Of a stretch of DNA of 64,000 nucleotides, positions 24,886 through 39,103 are shown piece by piece (the stretch's first letter is position 1; each line of letters begins with the position of its first letter). The position numbers and the translations under genes are program-made. Source of the DNA: Vicugna vicugna (lineage: Eukaryota); the NCBI GenBank assembly GCA_013265495.1, contig MU058451.1:2146167-2210166 (forward strand), given 5' to 3'. The notes under the pieces were generated by a model that was not told the origin of the DNA, ran no database searches, and saw only the letters and a program-made list of their open reading frames with translations.

Positions 24886-26574
24886 TGGCCTTGGGCGAGT
24901 TCCTCCTCCTTCCTAAATTAAGCTCAACACTGAAACAGACTCTGGTCTGCTCACGTCATAAGTAAGGAGCCAAGGCACTGATGGAGACTCCAGGGTGGGA
25001 AGGAGAGCCCGCAGAAGGCCAGGAGCAAAATCAGAAACTCCCAGAGCCAAACACATAAGAAATTCTGAACCTGGACCGGAGTGGTCTGGGCTCTCCTGGC
25101 AATGGTGGCCCAGAAGGCTGTCCACTGGCTGGGGGGCTGCTTTCTGCACCTTCAGGTTTCGAGGATCCCAGCTTCTCCTGGGAGCCACAGTCTGTCAAGT
25201 CCTTTTTAATCCATGGATTACTCCTGCCAGTACCATGTCTTGAAAGTAACAAGCTTCTTTAATTTCACTATCCGTGGCATGAAGTAGTATTTCCTTTTAT
25301 TTGAGCCCAATTTCCCTCACTCAAGAATTTCAGAATATGGTGGAAAAAAATCTGCGTTCATCTTATGTGTGCCACCCGTGGACCTACTGTTTCAGTCGGT
25401 CTCCTTCCCTTCAGCTTTTGGACTCATCTGTCTGTGGACACTTCCCCTCTCAGAATGACCACTGGACTCTCCCTAGGCCCGTTTGCCGCCCGGCGAGTTG
25501 TGCAACCAGAACTAGACACACTAGTCTCAGTCTTCAGGTACCAAAGGGTAGTATAAAAGCTTTTTTTTTCTAATGCTTTTCTCGATGATGCCAAACACAC
25601 CTCCCTACACCACCACCTCCCCCCCTCCCCCCCCTCAACCCCAGACACACACAGCAGGAGCAACAGCAAATTAAGCTAAAAGCCAGACTACTTCACTTCG
25701 TAAATATAGTCTGGATTATTTCTTCTGAATGTCTTTGCTAATCTTCATGGAGTGTCTCCTTGGTTAATCACAGACACTCAAGCCTTCCTCTGTGTAATCT
25801 GGCCCTGCCTGCCTGGCTCTTGGCCACCTAACAGTTGAAGGCCACCCACGACAAAGCACTTTCTCCCTCACGTTGTTAAGTTCAAATAGCCCTCATCATT
25901 CCTAAGGAAATATTTTTCTCGCACTTGACCCACAGCCGTACCATTCATGTGTAGCTTCTGTTTCTTGACAATCTCTGGAGGAAAAATAAAACAGTTCCTT
26001 TACCCACACACACACACACGTACAATCTCAGGGTGACACAATTTTAAATGTAAATCATCTCCCTCTTTCTCTCTCCTTATGTATACCCCTTCCCCAGGAC
26101 CCTGTCAAAACTTCTTTGGAAGTCAGATGAGACCATGTTGCCCCAGCACCTACAGCACCAGTAAAATGATCAAGTATTTGTTTCCTCCTGCAGAAGCCAT
26201 GTTATCTGGCCCCTGGTCGTTTTCTTTTTTTTTCCTTTTGAGACATTAACTGGACAAGTTCATGAAATGCTAGCAAGACAGTGAAAGGAGCAGTCACCTT
26301 AGAAAAACAGAATTTTATACACCCTGCAAACCTAGGAAAAAAGGGAATCAAAATCAAGAAGATAATGATGCTTTTTCTGGTTAGTAAGTTTCCAAGTGAG
26401 TTCTTTTCTTCTTTTGCGTATTTCTACATTTTCTGAGTTTTCTGCAACAAACATGTATTTTGTAGTCAGAGAAGTGTTACTTTTAAAAAGGACAGGTGGA
26501 TAGGCCCCAGGTGACACTGCCCTCTGAAGCCACGGATAACATCCCCCAGGTGGAACAATCTGTCACTTTTTTAC

Positions 26575-26701
26575 TTAAAAATATTTGGGGGGGGTGGAAT
26601 TAAGTATCTATTTATTTATTTTATATGGAAGTACTGATGATTGAACCCAGGACCCCATGCATGCTAAGCGTGCACTCTACCACTGAGCTATACCTTCCCC
26701 C
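26575..26701 (-). mobile_element. tRNA-derived camelid SINE (Vic-1-like)
   Basis: gattgaacccaggaccccatgcatgctaagcgtgcactctaccactgagctataccttcccc, flanked by a degenerate TSD (aacaatctgtcactttt / aacaattggtcaatttt). Confidence 0.85.
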
Positions 26702-26884
26702 AACAATTGGTCAATTTTTTTGACAAACGTTCATAAGTGACACTGTGATAGTTCTTGGGATTGCGAAGAGTGGGACACATTTTTTTGCCCTTGAGGGGCA
26801 CACAGCTGATGGATAAAGACGACTCACTCACTTTACCTCTATTTATCAGGAAGGTCCACAGCTTCTCATTAAAGCCTCATTTCT

Positions 26885-27130
26885 CGGAGGCAGTAAAAAC
26901 ATAATGTTTAAATGTGTGGGTGGACCTAGAGTTCCTGGGTTCAAATCTTGCTTTATCACTTATTAGCTGCGTGACTTTGGACAAATTGCCTGACCTCTCT
27001 GTGCTCTGGTTACCTTGACTGTAAAATGAGACCAAAAGCCAAGAATACCACAGTGGACTGTGAGACTAAGTAAGTTTAGAGCTGTGAGGTGCCTGGGAGA
27101 GAAGGGCCCGGCCCAGAGTAAATGCTTACC
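26885..27130 (+). mobile_element. MIR SINE
   Basis: cctgggttcaaatcttgct...cacttattagctgcgtgactttggacaaatt...cctctctgtgc...ctgtaaaatgag. Confidence 0.75.
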
Positions 27131-28096
27131 CTCCGGGGCTGCACACCCAGGGCTGCAGCCAAATCATGTCAGATACTGGCGCCAGGCCCTGCTCGTTATT
27201 CCTGCACAGACAAAGGCTGGGAAGCCACATGCTGTCTCTCAGGGCTCTATGGCTCCAGTAAATCCTTGACTTTCTAAATCATTGTAGGCTGTGGCATCCT
27301 TTTTTTGGGGACTGAGTTTTGAAGCCCACATCTTCCAGAATATTTTCCCTTCTCCCTCCAGATACGATGTCAGCAGATTTTGGCCAGTTGGTTTCTTAGA
27401 TTCCCCATAAATCTAGGAGAAGAGATTGGCCTATAAAGACTACTCAATTTTTTGTCCTGTTCCACTTGGGTTAATTATTTCTCTTTCCTTAAGTGGCTCA
27501 TCCAAGATCCAGTGCAACCTTGCACTTCTAGAATCTTTGAATGCAGACTGTAGGTGATGACTTAGAGACTGAGTGCTATGAGCCTGATAGGCAAGCCTTC
27601 CAAGAAGTTCTTTCAGGGCTGGGGAACTTGGACCTGTCCCCTCCTTTGCCCCTCCACATCCTTGATCAGGTTCAGCCAGTGGAGAATCTTCTTTTTTGGG
27701 GGGTGGGGGTAGGGTGGTTTTGGAGACACATTAGTGCTGTGGAAACCCATGCCATCATCATGAGATTTTCTGAGCTGATTAGTTTCAAAACTGATTTTTT
27801 TTTTTGGAGTGTCTGTAGATTCAAATTTTTAATTCTAACTGAGCAAAAAAAAAATCAACCAAACAGCAAAAACCCCAAACCTTTCTATTTGGAAAAAAAA
27901 GTGCCAGTATTTCATCTCTTAACTACATCAAAAAATAATACACTTATCAAGATGAAAAAATTAGAAGGTATAGAATGAAGACATGCTTTGTTCTACTGAC
28001 ACAGTTACGTTTTCATTCACATTTAATGCAATTTCAGTCAAAAGGCTTCAGGCAGCATCAATAGGTAACATGATGTTGGACAGGAAGGAAATGAGA

Positions 28097-28331
28097 GGTG
28101 GGGAGGGATAAATTGGGAGTTTGGAATTTGTAGGTACTAAATACTGCATATAAAATAGATAAACAACAAGGTCCTACTGTATAGCACAGGGAAATATATT
28201 CAATACCCTGTAATAGCCTATAATGAAAAACAATATGAAAAAGAATATATATATGTATAACTGAATCACTATGCTGTACACCAGAGATACAACATTGTAA
28301 ATTGACTATACTTCAATTAAAAAAAAAAGAA
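28097..28331 (+). mobile_element. 5'-truncated L1 3' end with 13-bp TSD (SBSPON intron 1)
   Basis: gggagggataaattgggagtttggaatt...gactatacttcaatt then A-tail, flanked by GAAGGAAATGAGA at 28084-28096 and 28332-28344. Confidence 0.9.
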
Positions 28332-31028
28332 GAAGGAAATGAGATTCTAAGAGGCAGAGGCAGAGTGGTTCTATGTACATAGAGTAACTGGGGGCTCTGG
28401 CTGCAGAACCTTGATTTACCTAGGAATAACTAATAGCTATGAATTGGCACAAACAGATGGGGCTTGTGGCAGCCTGAAGTCAGGCAGTCGTGGGTTCAGA
28501 CTGCGCTCGGCTGTCCACCCATGTTAACTTTGTGATGGAAGCGCCCTCTGAAAGCCCCAGCTCCTGCAGCTGGAAACACAGGAGCATCACGCCTTTTCCC
28601 AAACCCCGGAATCTGCACGGTCGGGCCCCTTGTCCAGGGCTGAGGAGCCGAGCACGTTGGCTGTGTCCTGCCCCTCACTCTCACCCTCAGCTCTGAAGCA
28701 CGAGCAGGCTCGCCAAGTGGCCAACTTTCAACTGTCTCTATTTTCTTGCTGCCTTCCCCCCAAACTCCAGGTGCAGAGAATTAACCACCGAGGAGCATTT
28801 TCCATCCCGAGGCTGTTTCTGCCTAGGCCTGCAAGGGCCTCCGTTAACTCCCCGGGGAAGGGCACTTAAGGCCCCTGAAAATGCTCCTTTAAAAAATTCT
28901 ACCAGACACTGTCTCCTTCTCTGGCTTGGGTTCCTTTGTCCACCGCGCACAGCTCTTCCTAGGCTCCAAGTGGCTGGGATTTCTTTCTGAGCTCTCCTGG
29001 GGATGGTAAGGTCATCTCCCTTCTGCTATTACTTCCCCAATAAATCCCCACTCTGCAATGATAGGCTCTTTGTTTCAGTATATCTGCCTCCTGGACTGAA
29101 AATAAGGGGTCTATTTTTGACCAAATAGAGACTTGGAGGATTCTGCAATCCCTCTTAGTGCTGTTAGGGCTCACAAAAAAGCCAGTTTTCCACATGACAC
29201 TCACCTATCAAGGTGTGTTCACTAACTGTCCTGTTCACCAGGTGAGCCTCAGGGCCTAGGCTACGCTGCTGCGGGTCACACTGAACAGACACGGGGCGCT
29301 TTCCTCCTGGAATTCCTCTTCTCCTCGTTTATTCTCTGGGACTAGGCTTGCCCATTACTTCCTCTGGGAAGTCTCCCCTGAATTCCTCTGGGCTCCTGAG
29401 CTGTTCCTCTCTGCCCTCTTGGATTCATTGTTTTGACACTGAGCCTATTTGCAAATGGTTTTGTGTGTGTGTGTTTCCCTGCTCAACTATGAACTTCCAG
29501 AGGGCAGAGATGTGTCTTCACCATCTTTGTATCCCTGTGCTTATCACAGACGGGCCCATTATCTGAACTACAGGAATTCTGTATTTACCTTTAAGATGTA
29601 GGCAGATCCCTGGAGAGAAAATATTTAGTGAAAGAGGCTGCATAGTGAAAAGGCTTCCCTTGCATGATCCAGGTAACTGGGGCAAACAGCTGTTTAGGGA
29701 GGATGTTGCGAGGAGGGAGCTGGGGACGCCTGGCTGAAGGATACTGAGTTTCCTAGGTAACTGAATCTTCACCTTACTTTAGTAATAACGTACCCTGGCC
29801 TTGAGCAGGAAAGGGAAAGAAGTGTATCAAAAAGATCAATATTCGCAGGTAAATCATTAGCCTTCAATCAGGATTTGAAAATTTGTCATCTGTGTTCTTT
29901 CAGCAGCAGGCCTGGGTGGCTGTCCTGCCATGACTAGTGGCCTCTCCTGGCAGAAAAGAGGCAGAAGGGCTCCTCCTCTCTCTCTCTCTACGCAGCATCT
30001 GGTTCCCCAGGTAATGACACAGCCCTGCAGACTCCTCTTCCAGGAAGGTGCTGAGGCTCTCACAACACCAGTATCCTTGAGGTCAGACCCTAATGATGTA
30101 TGGCTTTGGGGTGATGTAATTATCAGGGAGCAGGGCTAATTTTATTTCCAGGGCTGGCTTCTCTCAGATACGCCTTGTTCTTAAAGACTATACTCACCAT
30201 GTCTTCCGTAGCCTTTTACTTTAATTAAATCATCATATATTGAGCCCATACCAGGGGCTGTGATACTGTGGGAAATTTAAAGATGAAAAAGACAGACCCT
30301 AACGGAAAATCAGCAAGATTAAAACCTACTGGGAGACCTGAGACAAAAATCTTTATCATGCTGTATGGATACAAATGACTTCGAAGAACAGATCGAATGC
30401 CTCCTAGGAGAAAGGGGCCGTGCGACATGCGGGAGTCCAGGTGAGCACAGCCGTGGTCCTCCCCGAACTTGTTCTTCAGAAGAAAGCACCCTCCCAGAGC
30501 AAGCCCTTGGTGCCTAATTCCTCATTCCTTCCCTCATCACCTGTCACTAGGCCCGTAAGATCCCTGAGGGTTAACAGAATGAAGGCGGAGGAACCTGGCC
30601 CAGGAGCGTGGCCCTGGGACCTGTCAGTGCCATATCTCCAGGTGGGAGGTGGCCCTACCGAATTGGAGCTCTTGAGCAGGGAATTTATTCAGCAGAGGAC
30701 CCTTCCGGAACACAGGGCTCCGGCCCCTTCCACCAAGGCTCTGGTAGGGAGGTGGGCTTTGGAGTGGCCTACCTAGATGGAGAGGACTGGGAGACCGCTG
30801 GATGGAGGGGGCTGCGGCGCCCTAGGATTTAGAGTTTGGGGTGCACCCAGAGAGGGGGGGCTAGAGGATCCTAGGACGAAGAGAGCTAGGTGTACCTGGA
30901 TGGAGGGGTCTGGCATAGGCCGGGATAGAGGGACCGGGGGCGCCTGGCTCTGGGGCTGCGGTCCTCGGTGTGGGACCCCCGTGCCCCTTGGCTTCGGACG
31001 AACGGCCAGCTCTCGTCCTGCCACCCAC

Positions 31029-31242
31029 CTGGGCACGCCCTGGCGTAGTCGAAGCAGCAGTCGCCGGTGATGAGGCAGGCTTGGTCGCAGAAGCACGTCC
31101 CGTAGACTCTGTCCAGCCTCCAGCCGTGGACGAAGCAGGCGGGGTCTCGGCCGGGGCAGCAGCGTCCCGAGTCGGCGCAGCCGGCCAGGGCCCCGGGCCA
31201 CAGCCGCGCCAGCGCGCACAGCGCCATCCACAGGGTCCTCAT
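31029..31242 (-). CDS. SBSPON: SBSPON exon 1 (signal peptide and somatomedin-B domain)
   Basis: ATG at 31242 in a good Kozak context (gggccATG). It encodes MRTLWMALCALARLWPGALAGCADSGRCCPGRDPACFVHGWRLDRVYGTCFCDQACLITGDCCFDYARACP plus 1 nt, and ends at donor G|GTGGGT. The SMB pattern CxCDxxCxxxGDCCxDY is present. 214 nt. Confidence 0.97.
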
Positions 31243-31398
31243 GGCCCGCGCTCCGCAGACCTTCGGGGCAAGTGCTGTGCTCCGGGGAGAGCGCCGGCCC
31301 TGCCCCGCGGCCGGCCCCCGCCCTCCCGCGCAGCCCCTCCCCAGCCCGGGCGGCGCGCCCTGCGGGAGCCGGGCGGGTGCCGCAGCGGCCCGGCCGGG

Positions 31399-31453
31399 NN
31401 NNNNNNNNNNNNNNNNNNNNNNNNNNNNNNNNNNNNNNNNNNNNNNNNNNNNN
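31399..31453. other. Assembly gap (55 N)
   Basis: Run of N inside the GC-rich promoter island. Confidence 1.
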
Positions 31454-33359
31454 GCGATCGACGCCCGCGGCCCCAGCCCCGCCTCGCGGCACGCCGCCCC
31501 GGCCCGCGGGGACCGCCCCGAGGCAGGGGAAAGCAGGTGCGCCGGGATCCCAGTGGCCCAGCGAGCGGCGGGGCCGCCAGCAGCGCCGCCAGGGCGGCCA
31601 CATCCCCTGGCTCCAAGCTCGGTTCCCTGGCGTCGGCGGACACGTTAGCCGGTGGGCACTTTTGACTCTAAAGCCAGAAGCCGAGCTGATGTGCACGCGC
31701 GGAGTTCAGCCGCACGATGCGCGGGGGTCACCCTGACTTCGCCCAGGAAACCCATGCTGTGCTTCTCCTGGGACACCAGTTCCACACGACCCGCCCCACC
31801 CCCACGTCCCGGGCCACAAAATCGAGAGATAAGATCGAAGAAACATCCTTCCTTTCCGCCTCATTTTATGATGGGACTTTCCTGCCCCGGGAAAATGACA
31901 CTTTGCTTCGCTGACGAGGCAATTAATGAACGTGGAAGAAAGGATACATAGAATATAAACAGTGCTCTGCTTTCTGTTAAAACAGAATTTCTTTGGGGAA
32001 ATGATACTTTAGAAATAGCTTTCACTTTAATCATGTGCCTGCCTAACTTTCCATAGACATTCTCTTCCACCATTCTCTCCAAATATATTATATGCACCTC
32101 GCCCTTTTTGTTAACCAAAAATCATCCTGGAAGTTTCATTTGATGTTACATTCTTAAATCATTTAAACTATTAATGGTTTTTGTGAGAAACCAGGAATAT
32201 AAAGTTTCTGTATCTGTGAATCTGAGAAATTTAAGTAACTTCAGAGCTAATTTTTTTCCTTTCTCATATAAACGTTTCTCAAAGAGGAATTTCCTTTCCT
32301 CTTCAGAGAGAAAAGTAACAAAAGAGAGAGGGGGGAAAAAAGCTTTGTTGCAAAAGTAACAAAACAATGGAATTATCAAATATAAAAAATAAGTAAAATA
32401 GATGTGAAATGACAAAGATTGAATACATTATAAGAATTGTATCTTATGAACTGTAATCACAGATGAAATGTGACAAATGGACAATACAATCTTTTCTCAC
32501 TGTCCAAGGAAAATGCACTCTAAAATCAAAAAGAAATCCTTTCTTTGTGATTATTTATAGTAATAAATCTCAGACTTGGAGACATTTTTGTTTTCCTCTT
32601 TGAGTTAATCTTTCTTACTTTTTGCAATTTAATTAAATAATATATACTTTATTTTTTGTATTTTTAGTTCTTGGTAGTTGGTGCTAAATAACTTTGTCAG
32701 CAAATTATGTCCTCTGCCTTTACCTGTGGTGCAGGTTTTATTAGCAGCTTTGGACTAGCTGATTCACGTAATTGATCTCCCACGTGTTCACGAAGGCTGT
32801 CTGCTTTATGGAATGCCTTTAGCTAGAGACTTGTTCTGTAATGCCCTAAGAACCTGGACTTGTTCCAGGAAAATGTAAAGGAAAATGATCCACCACCAAG
32901 TTCATTTCCAGATACAGAAAGTAGAAGAAGATGACCTCCGGCTTAAGAGGATTAAAAATATTATGCCAAATGCTTGCTCAAATACTTTCCCCCACCCTTT
33001 TCCACCTTTATACTCAGACAAAAATCAAAAGCTAAAATCCAAGCAAAAAGTTAGGGGGTCTGTGCTCAGGGGGTTTGGGTCCAGTTCTGATTCTACGATC
33101 TTGGACAAATCGCCTCAGTGTCCTCATTTCAAATATGGAATACTAAACTCTCTCAGATGGCCATGAGTTGTTTCTAGAAATGAGGTGATGTGTGTAAATA
33201 GTGCACCAAGTGGCCCTAAATATCTGCTAGGTCATGTCCTATTGCCCACCCCACTCCCACTTCATAATTTAAGCCTAAAGCCAAGTAAAAGACAAACTCA
33301 GTTTTAACAGTATGCAAAGTAGGGGAAAGTGCAAAGCTAAAAAGAGGAAACCTCGAATA

Positions 33360-33562
33360 CGAGTCATCCCTCAGTATGGGGGGGAGGCGGGGAATTTGTT
33401 CCAGGACCCTCCTCCCCACCTCCCCTGTAAATACCAAACTCCGAGATACTCAAGTCCCTTATGTAAAATGGCAGTTACCCCCTCCATTTCTCCCTCCCCC
33501 ATATTCACAGGTTCTGCATCCTCGGATTCAACCAACCGCTAGTGGAATGTGGAACCCGGATG
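33360..33562. mobile_element. MER2/Tigger2-related TcMar relic
   Basis: gtcatccctcagtat...ttgttccaggaccc...ataccaaactccgagatactcaagtcccttat...tctgcatcctcggattcaaccaac. Confidence 0.7.
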
Positions 33563-34388
33563 CTAGTGATTACTTATCACCAAATGTAAAACGGAGCTTG
33601 TCTGTGGTGACAATGAAAGAAACTCACAATTTCAAGTTAAAGCTTGCACTGTCTTGAAAACAGTTCCCCTAGCAGGCCCTGGCAAAGGAAGTAGTTCCCG
33701 CCAGAAGGCAAAGTCAAGGGGACACTGACATTTAAAGCAGTGGAGTTCACATTCCTACTGGAAACTGGGTGCAGTCAGAAGTAACAGTCACTTTGTTTCC
33801 CAGGTCTTAAAGATCTTTGGAGAACAGAAATCATTCCAGTGATCAAGTGGTGAATATAGGAAATAATCAAATGCACCTTAAATGAAACACCCTTTCTTCT
33901 GAAGTGTTGTCTTTGGAAGCTGTCCAAGATTGGTTAAAATTACAGAGGGGAAGGAAGGCCTCCTCTGTTCATCAGATTCCAGAATTCAGTCATTTTATAG
34001 GATGTCCACATATATGATCTCATTCGACCTTGCATAACTGTGAGGAAAATGTTGGCATCCCCATTTTGCAGATGACAGAGATTAGACATGTAGCTAATTA
34101 GTGACAAAACCAGACTAGAACTAAAATTATTCCTTCCAAAGCATTGCAGAGTTCTTCCCATTACTTAAAACTTGGTGGAGGTGGGGAGATGGTAATGGAA
34201 AGTGAGGACAAGTAAGATTAAGTGCTGTACTAACCACTGTAACTAGGGGATGTGGAAATAAGAAGACCAATAATTTCCAAAAAGGTCTGGATATATTTAA
34301 GATGAATAGGGAGTTACTAAAGGCATCCAGGAAACTCTGAGGGCTGTAGAGGCAAACTCTTAGGGTTGACAGATAGAATATTTGATTC

Positions 34389-35134
34389 TTTTTTTTCCCC
34401 TTTCGGTTTAATTGAGATGTAATGGACATACAGAACTGTATAAGTTTAAGGGGTAAAGCATAATGATTTGACTTAATACATCATGAAATCATGACCACAG
34501 TAAGTTTAATGAACATCCATCATTTCGTACAGATGCAACATTAAAAAAGTAGAAAAAAATTACCCTAGTGATGGGAACTCTTAGGATTTACTCTCATAAC
34601 AACTTTCATATATAATATACAGCAGTGTTAATTATCTTAATCATGTTGTAGATTACATCCCTAGGACTTATTAATCTTATAATTAGAACTCTGTACCTTT
34701 CAATCCCCTTCATCCTATTCCTCCTTCTCTCACCTCTGGTCACCACGAATCTGATGTCTTTTCCTATGAGTTTTGTGTGTTTGTTTTTGATGTATAATTG
34801 ACTTCAACACTAAGTTAGTTCCTGGTATACAACATAATGATTCGACATTTCTATACAGTTCAAAATCATCACCCTCATAAGTCTAGTTGCCATCTGTCAA
34901 AGCTACTACAAAATCATTGACTGTATTCCCCACACTGTACATTTCATACCTTTGACTCAGTTATTTTGTAACTTGACATTTGTGTCTCTTAATCTCCCTC
35001 ACCTATTCATCTCTTCCCCTAAACCCCCTCCCCTCTGGCAACCACCTGTTTTTCTCTGTATCTACAACTCTGTTTCTATTTAGTTATGCTATCATTTGTT
35101 CTGTTTTTGTTTTTGCTTTTAGATTCCATATCAA
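34389..35134 (-). mobile_element. L1 3' UTR (L1MA-type) with degenerate TSD
   Basis: Antisense L1 3' end, flanked by atagaatatttgattc (34373-34388) and ataggatagttgattc (35135-35150). Confidence 0.8.
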
Positions 35135-35340
35135 ATAGGATAGTTGATTCGTGGAAAGGTTTTGGGGCATCTATCAGAGGCAAACTATAGCATGAATGTC
35201 GATAATGTCATATTTTGTTAAATATCGGACACCTTTAATTATAAGATTCATCAGTATTTTATGTAATACTAAGAGACAGTACGTAAGACAAGACATTGTC
35301 AGTTAAAGTATGGAGTGTATTTAAACATGGATTGCAGTAT

Positions 35341-35666
35341 TGTCTTAGTCTGCTTGGGCTGTTATAACAAAATACCATCATAAATAACATTTATCCCCCA
35401 CATGTCCAGAGTCCAAGATCAAGGTGCCAGATCAGTGTATGGTGGGAGTCTGCTCTCTGATTCATAGACAGTGCCTTCCAGCTGTAACTGCACTTGGCAA
35501 AAGGGCTAGGAGCTCCGTGGGGTCTCTTTCTTGGCAGCGCTGATCTCCTTGGTGAGGTCTTGTAACCTAAGCTCCTCCCAAAGGCCCTGCTTCCTGATAC
35601 CGTCACCTTGCGCATGAGGTTTCAATATATGAATTTGGGGGAAGCATAAACATTCCGTCCATTGCA
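35341..35666. mobile_element. MLT1A-like MaLR solo LTR
   Basis: TGtcttagtctgcttgggctgttataacaaaatacca...gtccaagatcaaggtgccag...gaatttgggggaagcataaacattccgtccattgCA. Confidence 0.8.
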
Positions 35667-37879
35667 AGAATGGACCTTGGTTTCAGAGATGTGAAGATAT
35701 GTGAAAATGTGCCTCTTAGAATTAGCCAAAAAAATCAAAAGAAACAACACTTTCATCACTTTATGTTCTATAACACGTGTTTCAGGAAATCCTACGAGGC
35801 AGATATGGTTAATTTTCTCATTTTGTGGAAGGGGAGGTTCAGAGGAGCTAAGTGACCTCCCCAGCATTCTGGGGCTCAAGCTGAGCCCACCCCTCACAGC
35901 CGCACTGCTTCTTTGGCGGTACTTAGTCCCTTTCTGTGGGTGAGATGCCCCTCAAGGCTGAGGGCCAAAGATGGGTAAAAACTGGTCCTTCCCTAAGGAG
36001 ACTGAGGTCTCTTGGAGACACTGGCCATGTAACAATCATCACTGAGTGTTATGTGACGAGGGCTATTCTAAAAGGGGGTGCTGGATGTGCCTGGGATGAC
36101 TGACACGGGAACCGGGCAGGGAAGAGGAGACTGAACTTGGTTATAGAGGACTGGGTCACTGTTATTCCCTTACCTTCTCCCCGCAAAGTACAGATTTAGC
36201 CCCCAGGAAAATCTTGCATATCGTTTAGGAAGGTCTTGCCTGGATAGGCTGATACTTATTCATTTAAAAATGCTTAACATGCAGGCAGGAATCCCAAGAT
36301 ACTTGTTAGAGATTGGTATGCATCATGTACCTTCAACAATTCCTCCCCTACCACTTTATAACAAGCAGCCAAGGACACCATTATCAGCGTTTATGCTGCC
36401 AATTTTATAATGTTGATCCTATCAATTAAATAAACATGGAGGGGATACCAAGGTGGGAAGGTAAATGCACTGGTTGCCTATAAAATATTAATTCTTCCCT
36501 TCTTTTCTTACAGCCCCCAGATTTTCCTTTGGGGGGACCCCCCTTCCCTCTGTTATGTGACAGCAGTTCATTTGGGGTGGATTAACCTCACTCCTAGCTC
36601 TAGTGATGGGTTCTGAGGGTTAATTCCATCCTCAGCCTACGGACTAGTCCAGGGATTGGTCCAATCAGAGCCCCAGGATTGAGATGTTTGCTCCTTCAAT
36701 GGATGATCTGCTTTCACATTTGCCTTCCTCGGATGTGCCGGAGGACACATGTGGCCTGTATGAAGCCACCTGAGATCTTAGCCAACAAGCAAAGGAAGGC
36801 AGAGGAGGGGGTCACAGGGCTCTGACTGAATGACACTTGACATCAATTTCTGTGGCTTAAATTAAACAAAAGCACCCCACAGAGCGATGTGGAAAGTAAG
36901 GAGCTCAAGTTTTAAAGAGAACAGTCATTTAGTGCTGTGGCTCTATCACTTACTAGCTATGGAACATTGTAAATCTTTCAAGTCTCAGTTTCCCTACCTG
37001 TAAAGTGGAGATAAAGAAGGAAAGGATTCATTAACGTCTAGTTTGATTCCTGATATATAAGAATAAGTTGGTAATTAATGATAATTTTTATACTTGTTCT
37101 CTGGACTTTAACACAAAAGACACACTTTAATTATAAGTGATAAAATTCCCTTTCATAAACTATTCATATTCATATTCGTGACCTGTCAGGCTATAAGGTA
37201 CAATTGCAACAGCTTTGCACCAGGAGTCCAAAGACCTGGCTCCTAGAATCCTGCCAATGAGTGATCATGGGCTGTTCGTTTAGGATCTCCAGACCTCGAT
37301 TTCTCTTATATGATTTGAAGCTATGAGCCAAGAAAATCTCCAATGACCCTTTTAGCTCAAAAATTCTAATATTCAACTTACGTAGCAATATAAGTCATGA
37401 GAGAGAGATCCCCCATGCTTTCTTTGACCCTCATAGAAGCTGCAAGGAACACAGTTGAAGTCACTCTGCAGAGACCCAGTCTCTCCAGGCTGAGATCAGA
37501 AGGGCTTATTTGGAGACAGACATTTACGTCCACAGATTAATTACAAATTCATCCTAGATGCTTGCATGGATGTGTATGAGTCATGAAGATTATTGTAGAA
37601 TGACATGGTTTTAAAAAAATCTGATTTAGGAGATGAGAATTATGGCCCATAACTCGCTAGCTGTATGAATCTGAAGAAAGCGTTTAATTTCTCTATGCTC
37701 CAGAATCTCACCTATCAAATCAAGTGTCTCGAGAAGCTCTGTGAGATCTCCAGTGGGTCCAACACTGATTCTGTGACTAAAATTGTCTAGTTCAGAGATA
37801 GATAAATTATGCCTATTTTTTTCAATGTCTATTTTTGTAAAGCTTGTGAGGTAAGAGGAAAAAGTTCTCAGAGATCTTT

Positions 37880-38093
37880 TGTGTGTCATGTGAAATTAAG
37901 TGAATGTCACATTTCAGTGTCTGTCAATAAAGTTTTATTGGAACGCAACCATGCTCATATTTTTACGTATTGTCTATGACTCTTTTCACTCTTACAGGCA
38001 GAGCTGAGCAGTTGCAGCAGACAGAAACTGCGTGGCCTGCAAATCTGAAAACATTTACTACCTGGGCCTTTACAGAAAATGTCTGGCTGACCG
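37880..38093. mobile_element. MER58-like hAT relic
   Basis: aataaagttttattggaacgcaaccatgctcat...tattgtctatg...gcagagctgagcagttgc...aaacatttactacctgggcctttacagaaaa. Confidence 0.75.
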
Positions 38094-39103
38094 CAAGTCA
38101 ATAGCTCTAAAATTCTGTGAACTAATATACTTAAAATGTTTTGCAAACTATACAGCATTCATCCACATGGAAGGGGTTCATGTGAAATGGAATTCTGAAA
38201 TTAAAAAGGCACAGCCAGAAACCCCTTGACCTGCAATCATTGTTCAGGTTGAAGCCATGGCTTGTGCCAAGGTAAGCCTGAGCTGCTAGGAAATACTATG
38301 AAATTGGAAGCAAAGCTTAAAAAGTAAAAAGGAGAAAATCATCTGGATGAAATTAAGGAAGTTGTGTAACTTACTCCTTTTATGGTAAAATAACCTTCTC
38401 TGATCCACAGCAGGGCTCTTTAGAGCAGATTGTTCTTTCTTCCTACACGCAAATCTCCCACTACGTCAGCTCAGCGAAGGGCAAGAGCCCCTTAAATCGC
38501 TGCCACGAGAGCCAGAGAGAAATATGCCCATTGGAAGGGGCAGAATGTTCCTGCTCCACTGGGTTCTGAGAAGTAAGTGGGGAACTAGCGCGCTCGCGGG
38601 CACGCCTGGCAGCCCATGTGGGTGTGAGGCGGTCCACACTGCATATCATCACTTTGACCTTGATCCCAGGCATTTGTTTGAGAGAAAACATGTTCTTTGC
38701 ACGCTAAGCCTCCAGATACTCTGATTTCTAGGGAATAACAGAGCTACATCTATAAAGGCCTATTTGGTACCACAAACTCTCTCATATACTTAATGTATCT
38801 TATTTTATTAAAGCTTAAGAGGCAAGTATTACTATTTATTTTTGACAGTTCAGAAAATTGAAGTTTGATGTGTTAAAGAATTTGTCCAAACTAAAGATAT
38901 TTAAACATGTTCTGTGCAATTTCACAGATCTACATTTTTTTTCCTACTCAGAGAATTATGTAACCAACAACTGGATTTCTATTAAAACGTCACAGATTTT
39001 TTATGACAACTATCTTGACAAATAGTGCATAGTTAGACCATTGAAAAACCCGAAGGCAGTGAACCCCGTGGTAGCATTTTCTATTATCAGTTCCTTAAAT
39101 TCT

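Larger units (their letters stand above)
30950..31760. promoter_or_regulatory. SBSPON promoter / exon 1 CpG island
   Basis: Very high GC and CpG density around and upstream of the ATG, with GC-box-like motifs (e.g. CCCCGCC near 31477 and CGCCCC near 31495). Confidence 0.9.

Noticed and set aside
30773..31736. ORFs of 118-307 aa on both strands at the SBSPON promoter
   Set aside because: Low-complexity Pro/Arg/Gly/Ala translations of a CpG island, several running through the N gap. Only exon 1 is supported.
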